A stretch of DNA of 64,000 nt from Phycisphaeraceae bacterium (GCA_007693965.1 RECQ01000031.1:17771-81770); one strand, 5' to 3'. Shown: positions 20,501-31,344, counted from the stretch's first letter. Translations and numbers: made by a program. Notes: generated from the sequence alone by a model not told the origin.

Positions 20501-21292
20501 CCGGTCGCGAACATGTTGGGCCGGGCGGCGGACGAGCAGTCGGACGCGATCGTGGCCCTTCGCGCCGATCCCGTCGGCGTCGAAGCCGCACGGAACCGGG
20601 AGAACGCCAGCCTGGAGCGCCTTCGCGAAGCCAAGGCGCTCGCCGAGGAGCTGGAGCGCGAGCTGGCCCGTCAGCAGATGGATCGTGAGCGGCGCGAGCT
20701 GCGCCGGCTGTATCAGGAGATGCTCGAGAGGCAGACAGACGTGCGCGAAGAGACAGGGCCTTATGCGGAAGCGGACCGGCTCACCCGCCGCGACCAGGCG
20801 GCGTTGCGGGCGCTGGGCGAGCGGCAGGTTCAGATTCGCAAATCGCTCAGCGAGGCGCAGGAGCGCACGCAGGAGCTGCTGGAGGCGCGCGTCTTTGACT
20901 TTGCGCATCGCAGGCTGGATCGCCTGACCGGCGCCGCCGGAGAAGCGCTGCGGGCGGGCGAGCCGTCGCCGGCGTTGCCGGCGCAGCGCGAGTCGATCGC
21001 GCTGCTGCAGGGGCTGGTCGATGCGCTGCAGGAATCGGCGCAGCGCGAGAGCGAGTTTGACGACGGTGGTGGCGGCGGCGAGGGCGAGCCGGGCGAGGGC
21101 GAGCCGCAACTCATCCCGCCACTGGCCGAGCTGCGGCTGCTCAGGCAGATCCAGGCGGATGTCCTCCTCCGCACCCGCGAAATGGCCGAATCGCGCGATC
21201 GCGTGGGCGCTGAGGAAGTCGACGAACTGGGTTCGATGCAGCGCGAGCTGCACGAGATCGGTCAGGAGTTGATCAGGTCTATGATGCAGTAG
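17591..21292 (+). CDS. Large (1233-aa) membrane protein with N-terminal TM helices and a very long E/R/A/Q-rich coiled-coil region. Hypothetical; co-operonic with the Bat/MoxR cluster.
   Basis: Long ORF with strong periodicity and charged coiled-coil-like composition across 19300-21250. Shadow ORFs on the opposite strand were rejected. Confidence 0.65.
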   Translation: MTDQSHHNNPDGAVSGAGIAKVRTSLTRLAARARTILLAQRLLLGVAALLAALMFVGMVDFLFRFPIGLRLFQLAAGLAILSYAFWKFVLPAWRFRPSATAVALRLEKRHPEWEGYLASGLEFASGGDASRETADSPEMARYLSTRVVDEAARRWKPGDLGRVYRLEALQRAGLLAALAIVVIAAIGWLSPNLAMISAARTLTPWSGAEWPKRTMVVDATDVEVHPLGAAAPLRAALVRSHRTADRTDVAVRYQLIRDGRVAQSRRALLTWQEREIDVAGGGSGALFERLVDADADVLEYRFETIDDQTPWRRIKLTPAPEVKTARVRISPPEYASALRDAQAEDAEAGFGPLERDMGPGRDERAVAPRSLAGSRVELDIELNKPTPLSPDDSSWVVATLGPDAATAGVDIEALDGEEGAASRWRLRWTLDDSVRLTVSLVDEYGIVSVDDSVYRFEAVQDQPPTVTVTAPDSDRSVLATAVVDVEAEARDDVALDSVWIERQRSRPAGAAGRDPSGPGGAMEPIEDPVEIARVDGASQTLARARTQLDLSTLGVRPGDEVLIQALATDIYATETVLRDPSKSMVRRLRIISEADLIEEIRSELNAVRQSAIRLDEQQQQIRDNIRRDGADAQARRGQAQVSERIARQRDSVDRLSQRAETNALDDDRLESLLDEARRLLDEAGRRSEEAARMIDEAAREQEHRAGEPGADGADGEAGAADGDSDGVDESEERSEVEQAADRAQRDVQRELESLIELLDRGEDAWVMRRQLENILEEQRELREQTAQAGAETAGRSVGELNEQERSALEDIVQRQQELAERQRELAEELRDRAAELREDDPAAAAGLAEAARRAEENQTDQTMQQAAGEAQENRMSQAGQSQEQAIEDLEEMLEGLDRAEQAREEALRRVLASIIESIEALIRRQETELETLQAAEDRGAFDGVDVGMIRLNQNTLGVQDTARATDRALAPVANMLGRAADEQSDAIVALRADPVGVEAARNRENASLERLREAKALAEELERELARQQMDRERRELRRLYQEMLERQTDVREETGPYAEADRLTRRDQAALRALGERQVQIRKSLSEAQERTQELLEARVFDFAHRRLDRLTGAAGEALRAGEPSPALPAQRESIALLQGLVDALQESAQRESEFDDGGGGGEGEPGEGEPQLIPPLAELRLLRQIQADVLLRTREMAESRDRVGAEEVDELGSMQRELHEIGQELIRSMMQ

Positions 21293-21350
21293 CGACAGGG
21301 ACGGGTTGAATCACCCCCGTAACGGGATCTGACTCCCGGGAGGCGGACTC

Positions 21351-22166
21351 ATGAGATTCACAATGCACACGATGGATGGTGGACGCGCCGCGCTGCTTCG
21401 GCTGCTGGCGGGCGCCGCCTGCTTTGGCCTGGCCGCGGCGGGCGCGATCGCCGCGCCGGAGGACGCCCAGGACGACAAGCCGAAGGACGCTGAAAAGACG
21501 TCGGAGAAGGCGCCTGAGAAAGATTCGGAGAAGCAGTCCGAGACCTCCGAGCGGCCCCGGAGCCTGGATGACCTGCTGGGCATTCCTGAAGAGGACCGCC
21601 CGGAGCGCCGTCCTGATGATGATCCCGGTCCGGCCGACGACAGCGCACGTGATCTGCAGCAGCAGCGCCTCGAGCGGGCGTTGACGGGCTCCGAGATTTC
21701 CGAGCTCTTCGAGCAGGCGGTGTCGGAGATGAAGGACGTCGCCGACCGCCTGCAATTGGGCGGCGACCTCGGCATCACCACGCAGCGCATGCAGGAGGAC
21801 ATCGTCAAGAAGCTGGAGACGCTGATTGACCAGGCCGAGCAGCAGAGCAGTTCGAGCAGTTCATCGTCGCAGCAGCAGGCGAGTGATTCGAACGAGCAGC
21901 AGGATGTCGGCCAGCAGCCCCAGAGGGGTCAGCAGGACCAGCAGCAGTCGCAGCAGGCAAGCGGCGAGCCGGGTGAATCGCCTCCGGGCGGGCGCGAGGG
22001 CGCGTTGCCGGACGTGATGGATTCTGCGCGGGCCGCGTGGGGCTCATTGCCGGAGCGCGTGCGCGACACGCTGCTGCAGGGTTCGAGCGACCGATTCAGT
22101 TCGATCTATCGCAATATGACCGAGGAGTACTATCGCAAGCTGGCCGAGGAGGCGCCTGACCGATGA
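21351..22166 (+). CDS. Secreted acidic low-complexity protein (hypothetical)
   Basis: Signal-peptide-like N-terminus (LLRLLAGAACFGLAAAGAIAAP), D/E/Q/S-rich. Its stop overlaps the next gene's start (ATGA). Confidence 0.5.
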   Translation: MRFTMHTMDGGRAALLRLLAGAACFGLAAAGAIAAPEDAQDDKPKDAEKTSEKAPEKDSEKQSETSERPRSLDDLLGIPEEDRPERRPDDDPGPADDSARDLQQQRLERALTGSEISELFEQAVSEMKDVADRLQLGGDLGITTQRMQEDIVKKLETLIDQAEQQSSSSSSSSQQQASDSNEQQDVGQQPQRGQQDQQQSQQASGEPGESPPGGREGALPDVMDSARAAWGSLPERVRDTLLQGSSDRFSSIYRNMTEEYYRKLAEEAPDR

Positions 22167-23254
22167 ACACTTCCATGGCGCGATTCGCGCTCACGACAAT
22201 AACGGCGGTTTCGCTGGCCGCCGTCGCGGCGCCGGCGGCGATCGCGGGCGATACACGACCGGACGGCGGCCGTTCGGCGGAGAACGTCGCACTTGAAAAC
22301 GAAATGACGCCCGAACTCGACGCCACGGTGACCCGGGGTCTCGAGTGGCTGGCCCGCAACCAGAACCCGGATGGCTCGTGGACCGGCGGCTCGCGCTACG
22401 GGCGTCATGTCGGCATCACGGCGCTGGCGTGCATTGCATTCATGGCGGACGGGCACATCCCCGGCCGCGGCGGGTACGGCGACAACGTCGCCCGCGGCCT
22501 CGATTTCGTGCTGAACAACATGACCGAGACGGGCCTGCTGGCCCGCGAGACATCGCACGGCCCCATGTATGGCCACGGATTCGCGGCGCTCTTTCTCGGC
22601 GAGATCTACGGCATGACCGGCGGCGGGCCGGACAAGGCCCAGGCGTCGCGCCTGTACGATGCGCTGCTGCGCTCCATCCGTCTCATCGTGCAGACGCAGA
22701 ACAACGAGGGCGGCTGGAGATACAACCCGGTTCCCTACGACGCCGACATCTCGGTGACGATCTGCCAGATCATGGCGCTGCGATCGGCGCGGAACGCGGG
22801 TGTCGACGTTCCCATCGGAACCATCGACCGCGCGGTCGAGTACGTCCGGCAGTGTCAGAACCCGGACGGCGGGTTCAAGTACCAGCTCACCAGCGGCGGG
22901 TCGGCGTGGCCGCGGTCGGCGGCGGGGGTCGCGAGCCTGTACTACGCGGGCATCTACGAGGACGACGCCATCGAGCGCGGGCTCGACTACATCATCCAGA
23001 CCGGAATGCCGGGGCGGATGATGCGGCAGTCCGCGCATTACTACTACGGGCACTATTACGCCGTGCAGAGCATGTACCTCGCCGGCGGCGAGCGCTGGGA
23101 GCAGTGGTGGCCCGCGATCAGGTCCGAACTGATCTCGCTGCAGCGTGAGGACGGCGCCTGGGACGATCCACACGCCGGACAGGCTTATGGGACTTCGATG
23201 GCGCTCATCATCCTTCAAATGCCCAAGCGATATCTGCCGATCTTCCAGAAATGA
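22163..23254 (+). CDS. Prenyltransferase / squalene-oxidase repeat protein (terpenoid cyclase-like beta/gamma fold), secreted
   Basis: Repeated Q-x-x-D/N-G-G-W motifs (RNQNPDGSWTG, TQNNEGGWRY, CQNPDGGFKY, LQREDGAWDD). Signal peptide. Confidence 0.75.
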   Translation: MNTSMARFALTTITAVSLAAVAAPAAIAGDTRPDGGRSAENVALENEMTPELDATVTRGLEWLARNQNPDGSWTGGSRYGRHVGITALACIAFMADGHIPGRGGYGDNVARGLDFVLNNMTETGLLARETSHGPMYGHGFAALFLGEIYGMTGGGPDKAQASRLYDALLRSIRLIVQTQNNEGGWRYNPVPYDADISVTICQIMALRSARNAGVDVPIGTIDRAVEYVRQCQNPDGGFKYQLTSGGSAWPRSAAGVASLYYAGIYEDDAIERGLDYIIQTGMPGRMMRQSAHYYYGHYYAVQSMYLAGGERWEQWWPAIRSELISLQREDGAWDDPHAGQAYGTSMALIILQMPKRYLPIFQK

Positions 23255-24516
23255 AAAGCACTCTGTTCACATCGAATCGCGTCGCCGGGGCGACCACCTG
23301 GCTCGCGGCCGCCTCGATGGCCTGCGCGCTCTTCGCCGGCGATGCCTCCGGCGACGACGACGGCCGCCGGGTGCTCGTCGATCGTGAACTCGAGATGCGC
23401 ACGATCCGCCTGCTCTCGCTCACCAGCGATGCGATCGTGTACGAGGATGAACAGGGTCGGCGGCGTCAGGCGACGGTCGGCGGCTTCGTGGCCCTGCTGC
23501 CCACAGCGCCGGCCTATGGATCGCGGCCGCGCAGCGCCGATGCGTTTGATCACGATGCGTCGCCGGGCTCGATTGAGTTGATCGACGGACAGCGTTTCCC
23601 AGGTGAGCATGCGCCGACCGGCGGCGACGAGGAGATGGTTGTGTGGACGCACCCCGTCTTCGGCCGCGTCTCGGTGGCGCTGGATCGCGTCGCCGAGGTG
23701 GTGCTGGATGCGGGTGTGCATCGACAGTTGCGGGCCGAGCGCGCCGGACGGCCGCGAAGTGAGCTTGTGAACGATGAACTGCTGCTCATCAACGGCGACA
23801 CGCTCAGCGGCTTCGTGATCAGCCTGGGAGATCCGATCGAGATCGAGATCGACGGAGCGGTGGTGAGTCTGGCGCCGGAGCGCGTCGCCTCGGTGCGGCT
23901 CGCCGGGACCGATGAGCCCATGAGCGGGCTGGTGGTGTGGCTGGAGGATGGCTCGGTCGCCGTGGTCACATCCATGGAGCGCGGCGCCGAAGGAGCGATT
24001 TCGCTGCGGCTGGCGACAGGTCAGTCGGCGGGTGTGCCCATCGAGTCGGTGCGAGCGATGGCGTTCGATGCGGGGCGCATCCGGGCGCTGGCTTCGTACG
24101 CGCCGGTTGAAGAAAAACCCATCGGTCGGCGCGTGCTGCTCTCAGGCGTGCGCAGCCTGGTCAATCCGCTGGATGCGCCGGTCGAATTGAACGCGCCGGA
24201 CATCGAGTTCCCCGGCCCGATGGAGGCGCGGTGGTTGCTTCCCGGAGGCGTACGCCGGTTCGCGGCGATCGCCGAGCTGCCGCTGGATGCGCAGCCGTGG
24301 GGCGACTGCGAGCTGGTCATCAAGATCGACGGCGAGGAGAAGCTGCGCGAGCGGCTCTGGAGCGGCTCGCCGCGGCTCGAATTCAGCCTGCCCTTCGAGG
24401 TGAGCGATCGCGCCCGTGAGATGATCGTGATCGTCGATCCCGGCCGGTACGGCCCCGTCAATGACCGTGTGATTCTGCGCCGGCCGCTGCTGCTGGTCGA
24501 TCCGGCGGAGAGATGA
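23251..24516 (+). CDS. Secreted hypothetical protein
   Basis: Signal peptide (WLAAASMACALFAG). ATGA overlap with the preceding gene. Coding-like composition. Confidence 0.55.
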   Translation: MKSTLFTSNRVAGATTWLAAASMACALFAGDASGDDDGRRVLVDRELEMRTIRLLSLTSDAIVYEDEQGRRRQATVGGFVALLPTAPAYGSRPRSADAFDHDASPGSIELIDGQRFPGEHAPTGGDEEMVVWTHPVFGRVSVALDRVAEVVLDAGVHRQLRAERAGRPRSELVNDELLLINGDTLSGFVISLGDPIEIEIDGAVVSLAPERVASVRLAGTDEPMSGLVVWLEDGSVAVVTSMERGAEGAISLRLATGQSAGVPIESVRAMAFDAGRIRALASYAPVEEKPIGRRVLLSGVRSLVNPLDAPVELNAPDIEFPGPMEARWLLPGGVRRFAAIAELPLDAQPWGDCELVIKIDGEEKLRERLWSGSPRLEFSLPFEVSDRAREMIVIVDPGRYGPVNDRVILRRPLLLVDPAER

Positions 24517-24573
24517 GTTTGTAGATGGGGGCTGGTAGATGGGGGGTGGGGCAATCGCGGTCCCCGATTTTGC

Positions 24574-25014
24574 TCAATGCACCGACACGAGCTCGATCAC
24601 GAAGGTGACTGGCGTGTTGGCGGGGACGATGTCGGCGTAGCCGGCGCGGCCCCAGTGCATCTCGGGTGGGACGGTGGCCCTGCGCACGCCGCCGAGACGC
24701 ATGCCGCGGACCGCTTCATCGACGCCGATGATGACGCCGCCGGCGCCGACGATCATGTGGTGGGGCCCGTCGGCGGCGCGGGTGTTGAGGAAGACGGTTC
24801 CGTCGGGGAGCTTCGCCTCGTAATGGATGCCGATGCGCCGGCCCTCCTCGATTGGCGGGCCGTTCCCTCGTTTGAGGTCCGTATATTCGACGGAGGAGCG
24901 CATCCTGGCGCCGAGTTCGATGGAGCGTTCGCACGAGGCGATGGTCGCGGCGAGGCCGCCGACGCCGACGACGGCGGCGCCGATCGCGAGCATCGTGTTC
25001 CGGGGACGGTTCAT
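24574..25014 (-). CDS. FKBP-type peptidyl-prolyl cis-trans isomerase
   Basis: YEAKLPDGTVFLNT...GAGGVIIGVDEAVRGMRLGGVRRATVPPEMHWGRAGYADIVPANTPVTFVIELVSV is an FKBP domain. Start at internal ATG (MNRPRN); the upstream extension runs into repeat A1. Confidence 0.8.
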   Translation of the reverse strand: MNRPRNTMLAIGAAVVGVGGLAATIASCERSIELGARMRSSVEYTDLKRGNGPPIEEGRRIGIHYEAKLPDGTVFLNTRAADGPHHMIVGAGGVIIGVDEAVRGMRLGGVRRATVPPEMHWGRAGYADIVPANTPVTFVIELVSVH

Positions 25015-25057
25015 GATCCAGAGATCGGCGAGTTTCGGGTGGCGTTTGAGCGGATTC

Positions 25058-25195
25058 GGGGGGAAAACCACGGAAGCACAGTGACACAGAGGGGGAAAAG
25101 ATGTGATGGAATGGTGTGATGCTGCGCACCACCGCATCATCACAACACACAATTTCACTTCTCTGCGCCTCTGTGACTCTGTGGTTTTACCCATC
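25058..25195. repeat. Family-A hairpin repeat element, copy A1 (intercistronic, tmk / FKBP)
   Basis: Left arm gggaaaaccacggaagcacagtgacacagaggggg...aagatgtgatg. Right arm ctctgcgcctctgtgactctgtggtttt, reverse-complementary to the left arm. Confidence 0.7.
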
Positions 25196-25209
25196 GAGTC
25201 GGCAGCGAT

Positions 25210-25878
25210 TTACACCCGCCGCTCGAGTTCGGCGAGCAGGGCGTTCGCCACATCTTCTTCACAGCATGATGCGTCGATGACGAGGTGGCGTTCTGGGTCG
25301 GCTCTGGCCTGTTCGAGGTAGCCTTCGCGGACGCGCCGGTGGAACGCGGCGCCCTTGGACTCCATGCGATCGAGCTCACGCCCCATGCGCGCCGCCGCGG
25401 CCTTCTCGTCGACATCGAAAATGACGACCAGGTGCGGCCACACCTCGCCGCAGGCCGCGTGGGCGACGTTCATGATCTCATCGGTCGGCAGTCCGCCCGC
25501 GGCGCCCTGGTAGGCGAGCGTGCTGGAGACGAAGCGATCGGCGAGAACGAGCTCCTGGCGCGCCAACGCGGGCCGGATGCGCTGCTCGACGAGCTGGGCC
25601 CGGCTTGCCATGTAGAGCATCATCTCGCAGCGCAGGGCCATGGGCTCGGTCGATTCTTCGTGGTGCAAGAGGATGTCGCGGATGCGCTCGCCGATGACGG
25701 TGCCGCCGGGCTCGCGGACCTCGCAGACGGGCAGCCCGCCGCCGCGGCAGAGGGCGAGGAAGCGGTTGAACTGCGTGGTCTTGCCGGAGCCGTCGGGGCC
25801 GTCGAAGACGATGAAGCGCCCGGCGAGACGGGGGAGCCAGCCGGGGGGCGGCGCTGCGGTGTGGTCGTCCTTGCTCAC
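25210..25878 (-). CDS. tmk: Thymidylate kinase
   Basis: FIVFDGPDGSGKTTQ P-loop, DRF(V)SSTLAYQG motif, lid region. 222 aa. Confidence 0.9.
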   Translation of the reverse strand: MSKDDHTAAPPPGWLPRLAGRFIVFDGPDGSGKTTQFNRFLALCRGGGLPVCEVREPGGTVIGERIRDILLHHEESTEPMALRCEMMLYMASRAQLVEQRIRPALARQELVLADRFVSSTLAYQGAAGGLPTDEIMNVAHAACGEVWPHLVVIFDVDEKAAAARMGRELDRMESKGAAFHRRVREGYLEQARADPERHLVIDASCCEEDVANALLAELERRV

Positions 25879-25966
25879 GTGGGGGAGTGTAATGTGAATC
25901 GAGGGGCCTGGGCGACCGGGCGGTTTTCATGACACATCGAGCATCTCTGAAGTATGATGAGGCGTC

Positions 25967-26293
25967 GTGAACCCGCAGAACGTCGAAAAGGCGCTCCCGG
26001 AGATCATCGAGCGGCTTCGCAAGGAATTCGAGCCGGTTGCGATCTATCTGCACGGCTCCGCCGCGAGGGGGACGGCCGGTCCGGAGAGCGATGTAGACCT
26101 GCTCGTCGTCGTGGAACATTCAAGCGTGGATTTCTTCGAGCGTTCCACCGCTGCCAGGCACGCGCTGCGAGGTCTGGGCGCTCCGATCGACGTACAGGTG
26201 TACACACGGGCCGAGTTCGAGGAACGGGCGTCGCTGCCGGTCTCGTTCGAGCGAGTCGTCGCTGCGAAGGGGCGTAAGGTCTATGCGGCCTGA
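25967..26293 (+). CDS. Nucleotidyltransferase-domain protein (MNT-type antitoxin of a HEPN/MNT pair)
   Basis: GSAARGTAGPESDVDLLVV minimal nucleotidyltransferase motif. 108 aa. Overlaps the downstream HEPN gene by 11 nt. Confidence 0.7.
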   Translation: MNPQNVEKALPEIIERLRKEFEPVAIYLHGSAARGTAGPESDVDLLVVVEHSSVDFFERSTAARHALRGLGAPIDVQVYTRAEFEERASLPVSFERVVAAKGRKVYAA

Positions 26294-26675
26294 GGAGCGC
26301 GAGGCCGCGAACTGGATGCGCAAGGCGGAGCAGGATCGCTCGGCGGCGAGAAAGATATTCACTCCGGACTGCGAAGAGCTGGCCGCCGCGGCCTTTCACT
26401 GCCAACAGGCCGTTGAGAAGGCGCTCAAGGCCTACCTCGTTCTACGCTCCACATCGTTCGGCAAGACGCATGACCTGACACACCTGCTCGATCTGTGCGC
26501 CAAGCACGACGATGCGTTCGAGAGCATACGCGCCGATATCGAGCCGCTGACCATCTATGCGGTGGCCTACAGATATCCCGGACCTGCGGAGCCGACAAGG
26601 CGGCATGTCGAGCAGGCGTTTCGATCTGTCGACACGGCATGGGGTTTCTTGTCGACTCGCATGCCCGGAATATGA
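26283..26675 (+). CDS. HEPN-domain protein (putative toxin of a HEPN/MNT pair)
   Basis: 130 aa. HEPN-like R-x4-6-H region (FGKTHDLTHLL) and conserved helices (HCQQAVEKALKAYL). Confidence 0.65.
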   Translation: MRPEEREAANWMRKAEQDRSAARKIFTPDCEELAAAAFHCQQAVEKALKAYLVLRSTSFGKTHDLTHLLDLCAKHDDAFESIRADIEPLTIYAVAYRYPGPAEPTRRHVEQAFRSVDTAWGFLSTRMPGI

Positions 26676-26699
26676 GCGGACATTGCGCCGGGAGGGGCC

Positions 26700-28055
26700 A
26701 TGAGCCAGCGGATACGAATGCTTTGCGGCGCCGGGCTTTTCCTGCTGTGCGCGATGGTTTCGTACCTGGTGTCGCTGGCGGTGATGGCGGAGCCTGTCCC
26801 GGCGCCTGATGTCACAGAGAAAATGAATGAACTTCTGGCAGCCGCCCTTCCCGACGGCTCCGATGCGACGCCGCTGTTGATGGATTTCATGGAGCGCCGG
26901 AATGAGCTTCCATATTTCTGGGATACAGAGTCGGGCGAGAGAGAGTCGACGAACAGCCTTCTGCATCAGCTTCGGGTGCGCGACTGGAGCGATCCGGAAT
27001 TGTCGCTTGCCCACGAGGCCTGGAGTCAGATATCGCCACTGCTCTCTTTGCTTCATGAAGCGGCCGCGCACGACGTGGTGCGAGCGCCCTATGTCAGGAA
27101 CGGCGTCGACGGCTTCCCGGGAAACGAGACTGCGTTCGGTCGATTTCGGAGCCCGACCCGAGAGATTCTGCGCATCGCCATTCGAGACGCCGCCGAGCGT
27201 GAGGCGTGGGACGAAGTCGAACGAAACCTTGAAACCACACTGCGCCTCGCTCACCATCTGGGGCAACGACTCACCTTGGATGACCTTACGGCCGCAAGCA
27301 TGCTTGCCTACGGTGCGCTTCTGGAAATCATCCTCCAGTCTCAGGAGCGGCGCATCCCCCATGAAGTCTGCGAGCGGCTGATCGATGTCATCAACAGGGT
27401 GGATCCGCTTCCGGCGCCGATCGAGCGCGTCTGCGAAGTAGAACGACTTCGTACAAACGCGTATCTTTCACAACTGTTCAGCCGGAGCGGGATCATGATC
27501 GACTGGATGGAAGGGAATTTTACGTCAGAGTCATCACTCATTGAACGACTCGCGAACGTTCGCGCTCTGGCGGCGCACAGGCGCAGCCTGGCCGAGAACG
27601 CGGTGGATGAGCAATTTCACACTTTCTCGACCTGGTGGGAGGCACTTCCCGGAGAGCGGATCGCGCTTCAGGACAATCTGGTGTACCCAGACCGGATCGG
27701 AGACGGGAATTGGGAGCACATTGTGTGGTTTAACGAATCCAATTTCAGGCTTGCATTCCACACTCGAAACACACTTCCGGCGGGTGTGCGCACAGCGCTT
27801 CGTATCGCGCAGTTTCGAGACATGCATGGTCATTGGCCTGAGACTCTTGAAGAAGCCCTGTCGGGCGAGGAATTGCTCGAAACTCTCACAGGCGAGAAAT
27901 GGCAATACACGCGTTTACAAGAGAATCGGTATGGACAGCCGTATCGACTCGTGACGCCGCCCCAGCCGGGATATGTGTGGTACCCGATCCCCCTCTTTCG
28001 TGCGCAGGGTGCGAATGTGATCGATCTTTCAAGACCTCGTGGGGCGAGCAATTGA
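26700..28055 (+). CDS. Secreted hypothetical protein, paralog S1 of a tandem pair
   Basis: N-terminal signal/TM (LFLLCAMVSYLVSLAVMAEP) shared with 28168..29472. Also shares the conserved C-terminal block HGHWPETLEEA. Confidence 0.6.
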   Translation: MSQRIRMLCGAGLFLLCAMVSYLVSLAVMAEPVPAPDVTEKMNELLAAALPDGSDATPLLMDFMERRNELPYFWDTESGERESTNSLLHQLRVRDWSDPELSLAHEAWSQISPLLSLLHEAAAHDVVRAPYVRNGVDGFPGNETAFGRFRSPTREILRIAIRDAAEREAWDEVERNLETTLRLAHHLGQRLTLDDLTAASMLAYGALLEIILQSQERRIPHEVCERLIDVINRVDPLPAPIERVCEVERLRTNAYLSQLFSRSGIMIDWMEGNFTSESSLIERLANVRALAAHRRSLAENAVDEQFHTFSTWWEALPGERIALQDNLVYPDRIGDGNWEHIVWFNESNFRLAFHTRNTLPAGVRTALRIAQFRDMHGHWPETLEEALSGEELLETLTGEKWQYTRLQENRYGQPYRLVTPPQPGYVWYPIPLFRAQGANVIDLSRPRGASN

Positions 28056-28167
28056 ACTCGCAGGAGTGGCAGCCGCGCCGTGTTTGAACGAGGGCGCCGC
28101 TCCCGTCGCGCCTGCTGTAGCGCTCTGGCGACGACCATGCGATGGTTCGAGGCGATAGAATCCGGGC

Positions 28168-29472
28168 ATGAGGCGTCGAGCTATGCATGTGGCGGGTGCG
28201 ATCCTGTTTCTCAGCTGCGCGGCGGCTTCGTACCTGGTGTCGCTGGCGGTGATGGCCGAGCCGGCGTCGGTGCAGGATCGGACCGGCGAGATGAACGCGA
28301 TTCTGGACAGCGCGCTGCCGCAGGGCGCCGACGCCACGCCGCTGCTCGTGGAAGCCCACGCCATCGCAAATGGGCTGCGTGACGGCAAGGCGCTTTCGAT
28401 GGGTTTGCTGCTGCGAGGAGAATGGGGCGACCCCAGACTGGAGGATGAGCGCGCCTTGTGGCTCAGTTATGCAGACGAGGTCATCCCGCTGATTCGGAGC
28501 GCTGCCCAGGGCGGCGCGATCCGCAACCCATTTGTTCTTGTCGAGGGCCGCGTCACCACACAGGCGGATGCAAACGATGCGCTTTACTGGATCATGTACA
28601 ATGTCGTGCTGATCGGCCTGCGAGAATCGTACGAGAACGCCGACTGGGAGAGGCACTTCGAATGGGTCGACATAGTGAGCAACCTGATCCGGATGTCGGC
28701 GGATCGGCCTGCCATCATGGATGTGATGTTGGCGCGGGCCATGTGTTTGTCGTTGTATCGTGAGATCCGCACGCAAGCGATCGAAGGCAGGCTGCCGGAG
28801 TCGGCGTGCCATCGTCTGATCGAGCATTTACAAACGATGGACCGTCATTTGCCCGATTTCGCCACGGTCGGCGCGATGCATCGACTGGAGATGCACACCT
28901 CGTTTGACAGGTGGTTTGCTCCATCAGGGCTCGCGGTTCTCCCTGCTCTGATGTTCGAGCAGCCGTGGCACGAAGACCCGCCTCGAGCGATCTTGCCTCG
29001 ACTTCGAAACGTGCGCGCCTTGCTCACATTTCGGCGGGCGGACGCCGAACGTGAGCTTGACAAGCGGATCGCCGACCTTGTCGAGTCGGTGCGGAGCGGT
29101 GACCAGGCGCCGCAGCCTGAACAGTATGAACGATGGGGCAGCGTGGTCATTTCCGGCCTCGACGGGCTTCCGAGCGTCGCGCGATGGTGGAGGTGGCCGG
29201 AGACCGATCGCATCGGAACGGTCCTCATGCTCCGCCTCGCCGCATACCACGCCGCCCACGGCCGCTGGCCGGAGACGCTGGCGGACGCGGCGCCGGAGGA
29301 GGAGATGATCGATCCGCAGTCGGGCAAGCCGTTTCTCTATGAACTGACGCCGAACGATCGCCGCGGGGCGCCGTTCCGGCTTGCGGCCGCTCCTTCACCG
29401 GAGCACGGCAGGGGTAAATGGCCCTTCTCGCACCCGCGTGAGGGCCTCGGCAATCTGTATGAACTCAGGTGA
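28168..29472 (+). CDS. Secreted hypothetical protein, paralog S2
   Basis: N-terminus ILFLSCAAASYLVSLAVMAEP, plus ATPLL and HGRWPETLADA blocks shared with S1. Confidence 0.6.
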   Translation: MRRRAMHVAGAILFLSCAAASYLVSLAVMAEPASVQDRTGEMNAILDSALPQGADATPLLVEAHAIANGLRDGKALSMGLLLRGEWGDPRLEDERALWLSYADEVIPLIRSAAQGGAIRNPFVLVEGRVTTQADANDALYWIMYNVVLIGLRESYENADWERHFEWVDIVSNLIRMSADRPAIMDVMLARAMCLSLYREIRTQAIEGRLPESACHRLIEHLQTMDRHLPDFATVGAMHRLEMHTSFDRWFAPSGLAVLPALMFEQPWHEDPPRAILPRLRNVRALLTFRRADAERELDKRIADLVESVRSGDQAPQPEQYERWGSVVISGLDGLPSVARWWRWPETDRIGTVLMLRLAAYHAAHGRWPETLADAAPEEEMIDPQSGKPFLYELTPNDRRGAPFRLAAAPSPEHGRGKWPFSHPREGLGNLYELR

Positions 29473-29494
29473 TCGCCGCGCGGCGGCGCACTTC

Positions 29495-31344
<1,850 letters not shown>

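Noticed and set aside
17603-21253. Minus-strand ORFs (698 aa, 497 aa) and several 100-240 aa ORFs opposite the 1233-aa coiled-coil gene
   Set aside because: The plus-strand frame is continuous for 3.7 kb with a coherent TM plus coiled-coil architecture. The antisense frames are Arg/Pro/Gln-rich artefacts of the GAG/CGC-rich coding strand.
26442-27362. 306-aa minus-strand ORF overlapping the HEPN gene and secreted paralog S1
   Set aside because: It conflicts with the HEPN CDS, and with a plus-strand gene that has a signal peptide and a clear tandem paralog. No family resemblance.
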